DNA from: Macrostomum lignano | Lineage: Eukaryota | Reading direction: 5' to 3' | DNA: 44,503 nt | Assembly: GCA_002269645.1 (NCBI GenBank) | Contig: NIVC01002317.1 | Coordinates: forward strand, 1-44,503 | Shown: piece after piece, positions 43,716 through 44,503 of the stretch | Position numbering within the stretch: position 1 is the stretch's first letter | Layout: each line of letters opens with the position of its first letter | The notes under the pieces: model-generated | Database searches by the model: none | What the model saw: the letters and a program-made list of their open reading frames with translations, nothing else | Told to the model about the DNA's origin: nothing | Position numbers and translations under genes: made by a program

Positions 43716-44503
43716 CTGCAGTTTGGGTGAAGGTTTAAGTGTTAATTAAGATCAATATAACAAAGTAAAAATTATGATGTAAAACGACTATCTACGAATT
43801 CAGTGGATTTTCCCAATGTATCAATCACTATGCTTTCCGAACATTTGCTTAAGCCTTCGTGCCATGGCTACTACAGGATAATCACTGCTCACTCGTAGAA
43901 TAGTTCCGGTGGATCATGATCTCCTTCCAACCAAAGACTGCTCAAGTAGAAGGAAGGGAAAGTACATTTCTTGGAAAATTTTACGAGGAAGGTTCTACCG
44001 ACAAAATACATCACGGAGAGATAGGAGGTTTTCATATTCAGCACAGAAATTGCTATCGCTTTTGATAGGAGGCAGACCCAGAGCTCATCTTTTGATATGC
44101 CTTTCTCATAGCTCTATTGATATTCATAATAAAGCTTTTCGTTCAGAAAAAATGATTCTACTAGCAATCTTGTCCTCCTTCGAAGCGAAACCTATTTGCC
44201 TTGACATCTCAGCAATTCCCTACAAGCCTTTCCATCTATAAGCGACTTTCGCCTAAGAATCCTAAAAATCTGATTGGATTTAGAAATCTATCTGTAACAC
44301 ATTTTGTTACTCAGTCATTAAGCTAAGGATGATAAAATGGATTCATAAAGCCAATGAGTCGAGCTTTGCCATGCATTTGATTTTTAGGCACAGTACTTGC
44401 ACGATTGTACGTAGGATTTAAATTTGGCAGAATCCTTTTTTTCTAAACTAAAAGCTTTATGAATATCATAGAGCTATGAGAAAGGCAAGAGATGTCAAAA
44501 GAG

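Noticed and set aside
43720-44503. Further DUR3 upstream exons or ORF 43909-44241
   Set aside because: No transporter-like or otherwise recognisable translation was found; treated as intron.

Overview
This is eukaryotic (animal) genomic DNA, not prokaryotic. It has spliceosomal GT-AG introns, GC-rich exons in AT-rich minisatellite-laden introns, a (TTAGGG)n tract, tRNA-derived SINEs and DNA transposons. The style resembles a free-living flatworm such as Macrostomum, but that is inference only. Genes read manually: an intronless 2OG-Fe(II) dioxygenase (4618-5394); a 14-exon ELYS/AHCTF1/MEL-28 nucleoporin (16727-31649, 2287 aa in my phase-consistent model); RPB9/POLR2I (2 exons); DPM3; and the 3' exons of a DUR3-type urea transporter on the minus strand. 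ELYS, RPB9 and DPM3 lie head-to-tail, and each has a splice-acceptor-like site just before its ATG, which suggests an SL trans-spliced operon. The 6-14.5 kb region is a transposon nest: a hAT MITE with 8-bp TSD, a long foldback palindrome interrupted by a second hAT MITE, and a 5.25-kb MULE whose ORF fuses a PHD finger directly to the DDE domain. Most ELYS introns and both intergenic spacers carry their own private minisatellite. Most long ORFs in the supplied track are artefacts of these repeats.
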